From NCBI RefSeq assembly GCF_040938485.1, contig NW_027272134.1, positions 1,178,001 to 1,242,000 on the forward strand: DNA of 64,000 nt. Reading direction: 5' to 3'. The notes beneath the pieces were generated by a model, which saw only the letters and a program-made list of their open reading frames with translations, was not told where the DNA came from and ran no database searches. This DNA comes from Diadema antillarum. Its lineage: Eukaryota. Positions 52,376-62,804 of the stretch are shown here, one piece after another. Positions within the stretch are counted from its first letter, which is position 1; each line of letters starts with the position of its first letter. A program made the translations under genes and the position numbers.

Positions 52376-55300
52376 CTGTGGTATTAACAAGACACACACA
52401 CAAAAAAAAAATGTGAAAACACTCTGAAAGAAATGTTTATGGCAAAATAAAAGGGAAGAAAGAGCATATGATCATGGATGTTGTATTGACTAAGAGTAAT
52501 AAACCTGTAAAAAAAAAAAAAAAAAAACACAAAGTACAAAATATCTTGATAAGTTCATGCAATGAGCTTCTTTTTTAAGTTCCTTGGTTCATGCATGAAA
52601 GATAATACAAATCAATATACAAACCATGAAAAATCTCCAGAATTTAAATAACCACGCGAATATTAAGTGCAGGTAGAGAAGAAATGGGAATAAAACAAAA
52701 CATGTGAGTTCTTTATTGCACCTAACATTAGAAAAATGCAATGTCTCTTATCCATACTTTTTCCTTTTCTTTTCATTTTTTTATGAAATAAGGAATAAAC
52801 AAGAAATAGGAAATCATGTTTAGAACGTACATGTATTATAGTACATTTGCATGCATGTGTGTGTGTGTGTGTGTGTGTGTGCGTGCGTGTGTGTGTTTGC
52901 ATTCAAATTTGTCTGTTCTTGAAGATAATGTTCTTATTTTGTTCTAAATTGAACATGGAATTTGTATCAATACTAGTAGTTAAAAGTAGTTCTGAGAATG
53001 TCTGCGCTAATGTGGCAATGTGCATGTGCTATGTCTATGGTGCAATATAGGTAGCCATCTCTGTCAACCTACCCTGAGACAAACACTCTCCCAGGCCCAT
53101 CCCACCTCCATTGAACAAAACCTACAGCCAGTCGGGCACGCACAAACAAGCTCCGCCCACTTGGCCTGTCACTAAAATATTAAAGCAGCGATTGGTTGAC
53201 CAAGGAGTTCTGGCTTGACATGGATAAAGTATGGATGTGCTGTGTGTATGGATAAAGTATATGGATCGATGTGCTGTGTGTATACATGTATACATGTGTA
53301 TGTATTCGACATGCGTGCAGAGCGGTGCATGCTTACCTGCAGCGGGCCAGGGACGGGGTTCTTCGACATGCCGATTTTTTTGTTCTCTAAATGTAATGAG
53401 AATGCCAGACAAATCTTCTTCGGCTCAAGTGATGTAAACTACGTGTATTATGTACAAAAGGGACTGAATGTTTTACTTCGACACAGCCGAAATTCGACTC
53501 TCGTACTTCGGCTTATCCAAATATTTCTTAGAGAAAACACATAGGGAAAAATCGGGACTTCTTATTTTGCTTCGAGTTAAGTGATTTTCGACTCACTCGA
53601 CGTCGACTTATCCGAGGTTTACTGTACGTTATAATCACCTGTTAATCTCAGGCCATCAAGAGTTGCTTTACTGAGACACAGCTTCTGGCGATCAGCTGCC
53701 TTAAGACCGGGGACAAGCATGCCTTCAGACTCCCACTCATCCAGTAAGCCAAGGAAGTCTTCCTCTAGCCACTAAAAGGAAATAAATTAGAAGGAAATCA
53801 GATTATTAGGAATTAACACAGTCTGAAGCTCCTTGATAATACTCATATTAAAAAAAAAAATAATAATTTATGCAAAAGCCTTTCCCCCTTATTTAAAAAA
53901 GGGGGGGGGGGTGCAGCAGAAATTTTTCTTGTAGCTTAATGTTGGCCTAATGGAACACTGAGGTCTAGTTTCATCTGCTGAGGTCAATTAAAATGTGTAC
54001 TTGCACATGTATACCAGACTCCCTTTTGTCTTGAAGGGTTAACAACAAATGTGTCTAAATCTCCCAATTTTAACTTCTTCATTGTTCATCTACAAGTACA
54101 TCACAACATACCACAGAGCTTAAAACTGTTTTAAGCTCCTTGAACATACCAACAATCTCCAGTCATCCACAGATTTGTAAGGGGCAAGAGCTGGATTTCG
54201 GGATTTGATGTGCTGGGAGATGTTCGACACATTCATGCAGTCAAAGAACTGGTTGAAATATTCTATGAATGTGATGGTGCTGGATGTCTCCAATGGTTTA
54301 CTGCTTTGCTGTTGTTGCATCTTCAGAGCACTAGCCATAGATGTGCTGAGAACCTGTAAATAGAAAAAAAAGTTCAGATACATTCATGAACATTCCACTA
54401 TTTCTACAGACCCTGTGTGAAACAATTGGTGTGGGGTGTATGTGTGCAGGTGTATGTGTTTTGATATCGATTATCTAAAGATAAGAGTCTTACATGTACT
54501 ATTAATGGTAGATTATTTGAACCAAGGAGCTTAATTGTAGATTATCTGAACCAAGGAGCTTAAAACAGACGACTACTGTTTGAACATAAATGCATGTTCT
54601 ATAATTGAATACTTTGGAAAAATAAAAAAGCACTCAAAATAAAGCTATGATTTCACATAAATAGGACAAAAACACAGAAATCAATGAAATTAGATTACAT
54701 GCACAATTTAAGTTATTATAAGTACACATATTTTTAAATGCTTCAAGAGAAAACTAATCCACATTAACAAGGAGCTTGTTTGAAACTCCTTGACATTTCT
54801 GAATTTTGCTATTAACCCATAGAGGTACATGGCTTTGCACGGGTATAAATCAATCAGCTTTTTTACTTGAAATCCAATTTTGATGAGATTTTCAGCATTA
54901 TGCTTTTTTTATTTTTTTATTTTTTTATTCAAATCAACTTTTTGCTGGGGTGGACTTCCCCTTTAAGAGAAACTGCAAAAGTGTCTCCTCTGTGGGTTAA
55001 TGGATGTAGTGACAACCTTGCTTTGCTGCTATATGATGTTTACAGCAATTACATAATATTCTTACCTGTGCAGCAAGGGAAACTCGCATGCGTGATGAAG
55101 GAGTCAGGTTAAGATGTTCTGCGGTGATTTTGTTGAGCATTCGCAGTCCTTGTGCTGTACCATCTGGATTGATGTGCCCAGTGTCCCAAGCGTTGACATC
55201 AAGGATATGTCTCCAGGAAATTGGAGCACCTCTAAGCTACAGAGAATAACAAGTAATATTTAGAATTACCATCAAATGATCTTACACAAGAAACATAATG

Positions 55301-58300
55301 CTACACTAACAGAAATTGTCAAAGGAAATGATTTAGCACTATAATTAAGGACTAATAAGAGGCTACTTGGTGAATTGAAGTCTGAAACATTTTTTTTTTA
55401 TAAAAAACAAACAAACATATATATATGAAAAAAAAACAAACATATATATATGATATACAAGAATTCTTAAATCTACATGAATATCAAAAGTAAGAAATGT
55501 AAGACCAAGAAGTACTTTAGAGACATTACCTACGTGTACGTGATAATCTGAATAACTTTTCTACTGACACAGCATCATTACTATTTTGTACTTAGAGGAT
55601 GAATCAATTCGATAATTCCAAAACTATTTACCATCATATTTCTGGTGTTGTTATGGCTGCCAGAGTTTTCGAAGTTGTTTCTTGTTGTTTTGATCAGGTG
55701 AGGGACATCAGAGATAAAATATATCTTGTGGTCAGGGTTGAAGGGGTTTATTGTGAAGTGCTCTGAACTGCACAATTTGTAGAATTTCCTGTTTGTGGTG
55801 GCCCCATCTGACACAAATGCACGAACATGGAATCCTGCAAAATGCAGTCGCTCCACCCCCTCCCAGATAATGTGGTACAACTGATCGGCTGTCATGGCAT
55901 CACATGGAAAAAAACCAACTGGAGTGTGAAGATTATGAAAGATCCCTCGGATCATGATGGTAAGTGCATGTGTTGCAATGTTCTGCGTAGTGTTGTCTTC
56001 TGCCTCTTTTCGATACTTCAAAAGTTCATTGTTAATGTCTCCAAGGTCTGTAAATCCGACCAGTTTACCTCTTGACGTGTAGACAAGGCCTGATTTCACC
56101 TTCATTTCATCAAAGACGACCGATACATTTTTCTGATGGGGTGGCAGAGACTCAATGTTTATGTCCTTCGCAATCTTGGAAAGGAAGTCTGAAGAGTATC
56201 CAGGGTTGATGTCAAAGCAGTGTGTGTAGTTGAAGAGTGTGTTTTTATGGGGAAGGTGGAGATACCCGGAAGACCGAAGAAGGTCATATGCAGCAGGGCT
56301 TTTGGAGTGAATTGCAATGCAGAGGCGGAGAATTGAAGGATGCCAACGCATCTGGCGGGGTGGCTTTGTGAAAAACTTCTGTTGTTCCTCCCACAGAAGC
56401 TTTGCAGGTGACCCTTCTGGGAAGTCGGCATTGTGGGCTTGAAAAATATCCTTGAATGACTTGCTCACTTTCTTATCGATGATTTCCCCTTCCTTTCGGA
56501 TCATCTTGTGCAAGGACTTGCGTAGCCGCACTAAGTTCTCCCCCATGGCCTTCCTTTCCTTACTCATTTTTTCCAAGCGATTACGCATCTCCGTTTTTGA
56601 CAAGTGAGCATGTGGCTTGAAGCTTGACGTACTCGCTGTTTCTTTCTCCTTCTTTAACCTTTTGCGAAGAATGCCAAGATCCGTCCTGTAGATGGTACAG
56701 GTACCGCACCGTCCAACATCACCTTTGAGGATGGGGCAACTGTTGTGTCTCAATGACACATTCAGAGAGTCATATTTACTCGGATGATGGTATACAGGAC
56801 GGTTCATAACATCTTCTGGGCTAATATCACCAAAGTCTTCATTGCCTGGGCAGACATGTGACTTCATGATTGCTTCTAAAAACTCTAGAATCTGCGATGG
56901 AGACAAATTGGGCGGAAAATCTTTGAGAATGTCAATTCCCGGATCTATTACCTTGCCATAGTGGCGAACCCTCCAACTTCCGTCACAATTAATGATGCAG
57001 CATTTCTCCGACATGCCTTCATCATCCAACTCGACAATGATCACCTTCCCCTCTCTCTGATTGAACACCATCTTTCCTTGGAGCACATCCTGCGCATTCA
57101 TCACTGCATCTAGAATGCCACCATCTTCCTCTTCATGCGAAACACAATATTTGCAGTCCGGTGCATGAGGCTCAAAATCAGGAACAACAATGCTGATACT
57201 TGCAGTTTGCCTCTTTCGTTGCTTCTCACGCCATCTCGATAACTTCTTCGAGCAAAGCCCACAAACCGAAGGAGGATGAATATCATCAATGTCGAGAGAA
57301 ACATCGATGTCAAGAGCCCTTTTGATAACAGCAGACCATGTTGACTTTGCTTGGTGTCGCTTATTTGGCAATGTGATACCATCGCTACCACACAATCTAC
57401 AGATGTCCTGAAGTTTTTCCTTGTGTCTGTCCTTGTCGTCTAAAAAAACAATAATAACAATAACAACAACGATAATAATAACAGTAATAATAATTTTAAA
57501 AAAATAATTCTATAATAATTCGGTGATACTTAATCACATCAGTTTTCTAAAGCTCTATGAAGCTGAATATAATGTACACAACAAAATCACATATATTTGT
57601 TTTAAAAAAATCTTTTATGTGTCATGTTGTTTAATAGTATTTTATAAATTCACATGATAAAGTAAACCTAATATAATAAGAAAAATAACTGAATGAAATG
57701 AACATATAAAATTTCACATTTACACTTTGGTCACTATTCAATTATTTTTCAATAATCTAAAGCAAAACAAGCAACAAAATACTGGTTCAAGTGAAACATG
57801 ATGTAGCTCACAGGATATTGACTGAAATTATGCATGGGATCAGCGCACGGGATAGCCATTAAATTTACAAAGTTAGAGCGTCGATTCGGGTAAACATGCA
57901 GTCATTTGTACATCCACAAGAAGATTAAGATCGAGAACCTTGTCGGACTACAGTACGCCTGCTTGTACTTTGTTTTTAATGTTCTGAATGGAAGCTATGA
58001 ACATGTAAATTCCAGACCATGCGCCACATAGGCAGGCTGGAGGATTCAACTACCGATGTCATCTCAGTGACACTTTTGTACAGTCCCATATATAAGACTT
58101 TGAGTGATAAAAAAAGCTACTTTTAAATAGACGCTACGTAAACATCACACCAAAATGACTCACAAATATCACTTCTTCAACGATTATTTTCAATTGCAAC
58201 AACATAAAACATGAAAAAAATGTATGACCTACGGATAATTTTCCATAACTCGAGGAATACGAAACACAAGAGTGGAAAAAAAAGCTGAAAATCTCGGCCA

Positions 58301-58502
58301 ACAAGCATTCGAAACTCGGCTTTCCTGAAGTTGGCCGCTGCTGGCCGCAGTGCAGATGAAAGCGTTTGTAAAGACGAGACTTCGATCTTCAAATTCATAT
58401 ATTGCGCATCATGTGGATATTTGCGGAATTTTACTTATCATAATCATAACTTAGCTAATTAGATATTCATAAAAACACATGATAACATCATAACTCACCC
58501 AT
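52089..58502 (-). CDS. P-superfamily (THAP9-like core) DDE transposase with RAG1-N-terminal-like zinc domain, 868 aa; exons 58502-58499, 57439-55632, 55236-55066, 54353-54150, 53771-53639, 52375-52089
   Basis: All junctions GT-AG and phase-consistent (1,0,0,0,1); 2607 nt with no internal stop. P-type motifs RWHP..SPAAY..LR, VFDEMK, SDGA, SDVPHLIK, HLNL..MRVSLAAQVLS, FDCMN, FSQDPLEEYF..GG..DNP. Confidence 0.9.
52560..52586. repeat. Excision footprint with perfect 7-bp TSD GTTCATG
   Basis: GTTCATG-[CAATGAGCTTC TTTTTT AAGTTCCTTG]-GTTCATG. Confidence 0.8.
53639..53771 (-). CDS. Transposase exon 5
   Basis: Acceptor atttccttttag, donor G|GTGATT; WLEEDFLGLLDEWE...LSKATLDGLRLT. Confidence 0.85.
54112..54142. 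repeat. Excision footprint whose perfect TSD (AACATAC) is the splice donor of transposase exon 4
   Basis: AACATAC-[CACAGAGCTTAAAAC T GTTTTAAGCTCCTTG]-AACATAC; the reverse complement GTATGTT is the intron start at 54149. Confidence 0.85.
54150..54353 (-). CDS. Transposase exon 4
   Basis: Acceptor ttttctatttacag, donor G|GTATGT; VLS...FIEYFNQFFDCMN. Confidence 0.88.
54768..54792. repeat. Excision footprint with partly decayed TSD
   Basis: ACATTAA-[CAAGGAGCT TGTTTGAAACTCCTTG]-ACATTTC. Confidence 0.7.
55066..55236 (-). CDS. Transposase exon 3 (insertion/GTP-binding domain region)
   Basis: Acceptor ttattctctgtag, donor CAG|GTAAGA; ISWRHI...KITAEHLNLTPSSRMRVSLAAQ. Confidence 0.88.
55632..57439 (-). 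CDS. Transposase exon 2 (RAG1-like zinc domain, second Cys/His cluster, coiled coil, HTH-like region, first two catalytic Asp)
   Basis: Acceptor ttgtttttttag, donor ATG|GTAAAT; 1808-nt open frame. Confidence 0.92.
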
Positions 58503-58572
58503 TTTTTGTCCGATTTTCGTGATTTTTTTTGGAGAACGAAGAGAAAAGCCAGCAGAGTCGATTGAACATAAA

Positions 58573-58584
58573 TGCGCATGCGCA
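58573..58584. promoter_or_regulatory. Perfect NRF1-type palindrome TGCGCATGCGCA upstream of the transposase ATG
   Basis: Consensus match about 70 bp upstream of the ATG at 58502 in a CpG-rich subterminal region; function inferred. Confidence 0.55.
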
Positions 58585-58817
58585 TGGGATACCCCTACAC
58601 ACTGCGCAAGCATCGACATGCTACAGCTCCCCAGCCCACATCATGCTAACACGGTCGAGTGAGCAAACACTACAGCACCGAGCGGCATCATACCTCTCGG
58701 ATAAAGGAAGGGGAAATGGGACCCAGGGGACCAAGGGGACCGTGTTATCAGTGAAATATCTTTACTTTCTCCTCGCGCACTAATCCGCTGGCATGCTGTG
58801 CATTTTTTCCTGCTCCG

Positions 58818-58849
58818 GCGTTGTATCTCCATGTGTTTGAAGCTCCTTG
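58818..58849 (-). repeat. Right terminal inverted repeat (32 bp)
   Basis: GCGTTGTATCTCCATGTGTTTGAAGCTCCTTG followed by TSD GTTTGAT. Confidence 0.97.
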
Positions 58850-59201
58850 GTTTGATGTGATTGATGGAGAGTGTGCTGGTAATCTGTCAAGGAGGGAACA
58901 CAAATCCTCACAGATGGGATCAGATCCAGTTTGACTTGATTGATGTGCACATCCAGGGGTTTGGGAGATTTTGTTCTTATTGGCCATATCTTCCATCACC
59001 CTGTCAGAGTTAGTATGCCTCCCTCCACCTATCCAGTCTCAGATCAGTTTGCAGAGAGGGGTCATTGAACACTTTCAAGCTCCATTAGTCATCACTTCTG
59101 CACCTTATTTTTTTTTTCCAGCTCATCTCTGAGAAGCGAAGGTATGAATACAGATGCCCACTATTTTCGTTGAATACCTGTGATGTTGGGATGATCTTTA
59201 A

Positions 59202-59286
59202 CCCGTTGAGGACGAGTCCCAAGTATACTCGGGCAAGCGTCTATGGGAAATGCATTTTGTAGAAAAATCAAACCGTCCTCAACGGG
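59202..59286. mobile_element. 85-bp piggyBac-like MITE, cleanest copy
   Basis: TTAA TSD on both sides; perfect 13-bp TIR CCCGTTGAGGACG. Confidence 0.85.
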
Positions 59287-59414
59287 TTAAGGAAGCTGAC
59301 ATTTTCAAATACCATGATATCATACAAAGAAAGCTCTCAAGAAGAACAGAAACAGATTCAAATCAAAGCAAATGACCACTTTCCATCTCCCACCCTTCCT
59401 ACAAACTGAACATA

Positions 59415-59624
59415 CTGTAAAAGGGGATATTTTTGCATGGCTAATTTTTCACGCTTGGCCGGGTAAGATGAGTTTTTTTTGTGTGTTTAATTCCGCAGAA
59501 TGGAGGCATCAACTACTGGAACATATGGTAAACAATAATATTTGTGTGCATTTATTTTTGCGCTAGTTTCAGCTGCAGGAAATGTGCAAAAATGTCAACA
59601 CCGGAATAATTTTCACTTTTACAG
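59415..59624. mobile_element. About 210-bp TA-flanked MITE (CTGTAAAAG termini)
   Basis: TA-CTGTAAAAG...CTTTTACAG-TA. Confidence 0.6.
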
Positions 59625-60235
59625 TAATACCCTCCCCCTCCCCCCCCCCCCCCTTACACAGACGTTCAGTACCAGCACCTTTCAAATGTTTTCATTGAGT
59701 ATGAAAAAGTGTCCAGAAACAAACTACGCGTGTATGCTGTCGGTTCCAATTCCTGAATTGTGCTATCATCATGATTTATGCATCGAAAAAGAAATGTAAT
59801 ATCGGTCTTTAACTGCACCATGACTGCCATGTCTACCATGTGGTTATTGTGTCAAAAATATATTTGATAACACCGCACTGGATGTATATCCTGTAGAAAA
59901 GGTGTTGCTATACGTATATCTAAATGTTCATTACTATATAGCAGCACTACAGTTGTCATTCATGTTTTGAAATTGCCATATATTTGCAATTCCATAACAA
60001 CTTCACCATTTTTGTGCTGTTATTGAGTGTATCAAAATGTGACAATTTCAAGAAACAAATTAGTTCAGTGTTATACATATATTTTGACTTTATTTCTGTG
60101 TGATTAGGCCCAGAAAACATTTTGCAGGATAACTTCATTACCAATAACCACTAGCTACTATTCAATGAAACATTATATTCAAAGGCATGATTTACCATTT
60201 GCAGATGAAACAAAACCCCAGCATTAGTGCTCTAA

Positions 60236-60320
60236 CCCGTTAAGGACGAGTCCTCAGTATACTCGGGCAGGTGTCTATGGGAAATGCTTGTTGTAGCAAA
60301 ATCAGTCCATCCTCAACGGG
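60236..60320. mobile_element. 85-bp piggyBac-like MITE copy
   Basis: CCCGTTAAGGACGAGTCC...CATCCTCAACGGG, colinear with 59202-59286. Confidence 0.75.
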
Positions 60321-61762
60321 TTGAAATATTTCTAAAATGTGAGTTAGGGATAGAAATGACCAATGTAAAAAATTGAACCAGTATAATCAATGTTAAGTAT
60401 TGGTAGATATACAAAATGTGAACAATAGATATGATAAAATTGTTTCCAGACTATAAACCATCTACAGTTACGGTTTTATGAGAAAAAATAGTGATATCTC
60501 CTTATATTTTAGACTTTATTGCAAAAATTTTATATGGTAGGATGTTTTGTGATACAACTGACCTACAGATATGCATCAAAAGTGATATCTTGAACATTTT
60601 TTAAAGCACTGCTCTCAAAGGTAAACCGGACCTTTAATCTGCAATCAGCAGACATTGAAGGGCATGTATCTGTCTGTATGAATGTTTTCTTGGTTTGATC
60701 TTTTTATATACAATTAAAGAGAAAAAACAATCTCAGTCTGATAACTTTTGTCAAAAACAAATCTCCCAAAAAGCCCAGTTTTGATATTTATGATGTAAAG
60801 AGAACAGCACATGATTTTAATTCCAATGGTGTTATTGGTATAATGTTTACAATGATAAAGTTCTACCTTTAAATGATGGTAATGAAAATAAAGTTAATAT
60901 GAAGACTGTCATGACTCTGATGCCATCAACATAGAAGAATATTAGTAGAATCAGTAATATGTCATTTTGTGTGACCAAATATGACAGCTATAATGAGGAA
61001 TTTCATTGTGTCTTTGTTAGTGGTACGATGAATTCGATTTTGCATCTTTCATAATCATATTATCATGTAGCATGCTTTGTCAGCACAAATACTGCTTCCC
61101 TTCCACAGAAGTCATGAATGATCTGACTAAAATTCTTGCATGTCTTAGACTCAGCACTACAAATAAACTTACAATGTACCTTTAAATGATTGTCAAATTC
61201 TTCTTCTTTTATTTTTGCCAGATATACTGTCAGCCAGATATACATTGTATACTGTCAGATATACTGTCAGCGTGTAACGTGTGTGTGTGTTTGTGTGATA
61301 TTAGTGCAAAATTTAAACTGTCTTTTTTTTTCTGATGAGGGTAATTTTGTTTTAACGCGCTAATGGCTTATGACACTCCAGATTGAGCCAAGTCTGAACA
61401 TTGAGCATACTATATTAATAGACACTCTCCCCTTGAAGGGTCGTGATGTGCCGAAGCAGGTGTGTTTTCAATTTTCAGCGTTATTGAAGAGACATGGCAA
61501 GACAATGTATTCATGAAACAATTAAGAAGTCTTAAAGGGTATATGACTGTAAACTACACTAGTATGTATGTCATTCATCATCCCAGATGAAGAAAATTAT
61601 TAAGAAAAATTGCATTTTCACCTCATACTTTTCCGTCTTCATTCTTTGAATGCTGTATCATGCAGCAAAGACAGTGTTATTACTTACGAATGAAAGTGCT
61701 ATTCATATGTTAATATTCATTTCGACACGTCTAAGGTGCTTCAGTGAGAGTATTGGAGAATA

Positions 61763-61970
61763 CTGTAAAACATGATATATTCGCGGCATGAAATTTTTGC
61801 AAATTGGAGCCGATGGCCTTTTTCGTGGCATGAAATTTTCGCAAATTGCCGCTGGCGTTCAATGCATATAATGTAGACAAGAACTTTCGCGTGCATTAAT
61901 AATTTCGCGAAACTTGCCGCTCGCGAAATTCGCGAAATTAAAATGCACGCGAATATTCCTCGTTTTACAG
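61763..61970. mobile_element. About 208-bp TA-flanked MITE (CTGTAAAAC termini) with internal TTCGCG/CGCGAA repeats
   Basis: TA-CTGTAAAAC...GTTTTACAG-TA. Confidence 0.7.
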
Positions 61971-62804
61971 TAACTTTTTATTTATATCGCCTGTACTGAC
62001 TAGCACTTGGAAATCTGGGGGGCGTTTCATCTACGAGTTCGTCGGAGGTTTTCATCGACAAATTTGATATCAGCCAATCATACGCAAGGATTTCAGTAGC
62101 TTTTAACAGTTGTCGGTGTAAATCACGGACAAAAAGTTTCATGAAACGGTCCCCAGTATAGTAATATTCAAGAAAGGAACCCAAATGACAATCCAGCAGC
62201 AATATGATTCACATCAAAACAAATGTGTGTTTTTTATGACCAACATAGATTGTGTTTTCAAAAATTTCGCATTTTAACCAGAAGCTTCATTCATCAGCAC
62301 TGTGCTGAATGTCCCTGTGTGCTGTGTGGTAAAGCGAGGGATGGGATCAAGACGAGATAAAAGGCAGAGAAGCTGACAGGATTAGATCTTAGGGATAAGC
62401 AACAGGTTCGAGCATAGCAGCAAATCCGCATTGTGGACGTGAGCTCATTAATCATTCCACAGCTTCCAATGGTTATGAATTATGGCATTCCCTTGAGGCT
62501 TTGGCAAAGGACAGCAAGTGTTCCGTGAAGAGAGGATTCATGCTTTTTTATGCCAGCGTTTATTTGTTACATGCTGTGTGTGTTGGGCATACATGGGAAG
62601 GAGGCTGTTTTTCTGTCTGTCTGTTGTTTGTTTGTTTGTTTGTGTGTGTGTGGGGGGGGGGGGGGAGGGAAGATTGAGTCTCAGGCTGAATTTGCCTTCA
62701 TCTTTGTGTTTTTTAAGTGTTTTTTTTTCCAAACAGAAAACATTCTTCACTTTATCATGTGTATGAGGATATGTAGGCATATATCATATTCAATTAAACA
62801 CTGA

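Larger units (their letters stand above)
44641..58849. mobile_element. Full-length two-gene P-superfamily DNA transposon (14,209 bp)
   Basis: Perfect 32-bp TIRs, identical 7-bp TSD GTTTGAT (44634-44640 and 58850-58856), spliced intact P-type transposase on minus and a convergent PHD + P-C-terminal-domain gene on plus. Confidence 0.95.

Noticed and set aside
53201-53217. CAAGGAGTTC..CTTG possible footprint
   Set aside because: Too degenerate and no TSD.
53460-53626. One end of a pogo-like MITE (…GACTTATCCGAGGTTTACTGTA) in intron 5
   Set aside because: The matching left terminus was not found, so boundaries are unsupported.
52089-58502. Calling the transposase RAG1, Transib, or a domesticated THAP9 gene
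   Set aside because: Core motifs are P-type, there is no RING or nonamer-binding domain and no THAP domain, and intact TIRs with a TSD indicate a mobile element rather than a domesticated gene.
58748-58999. ORF crossing the right TIR, suggesting insertion into a host exon
   Set aside because: Reconstructing the empty site gives a stop within five codons past the TSD; no homology recognised.
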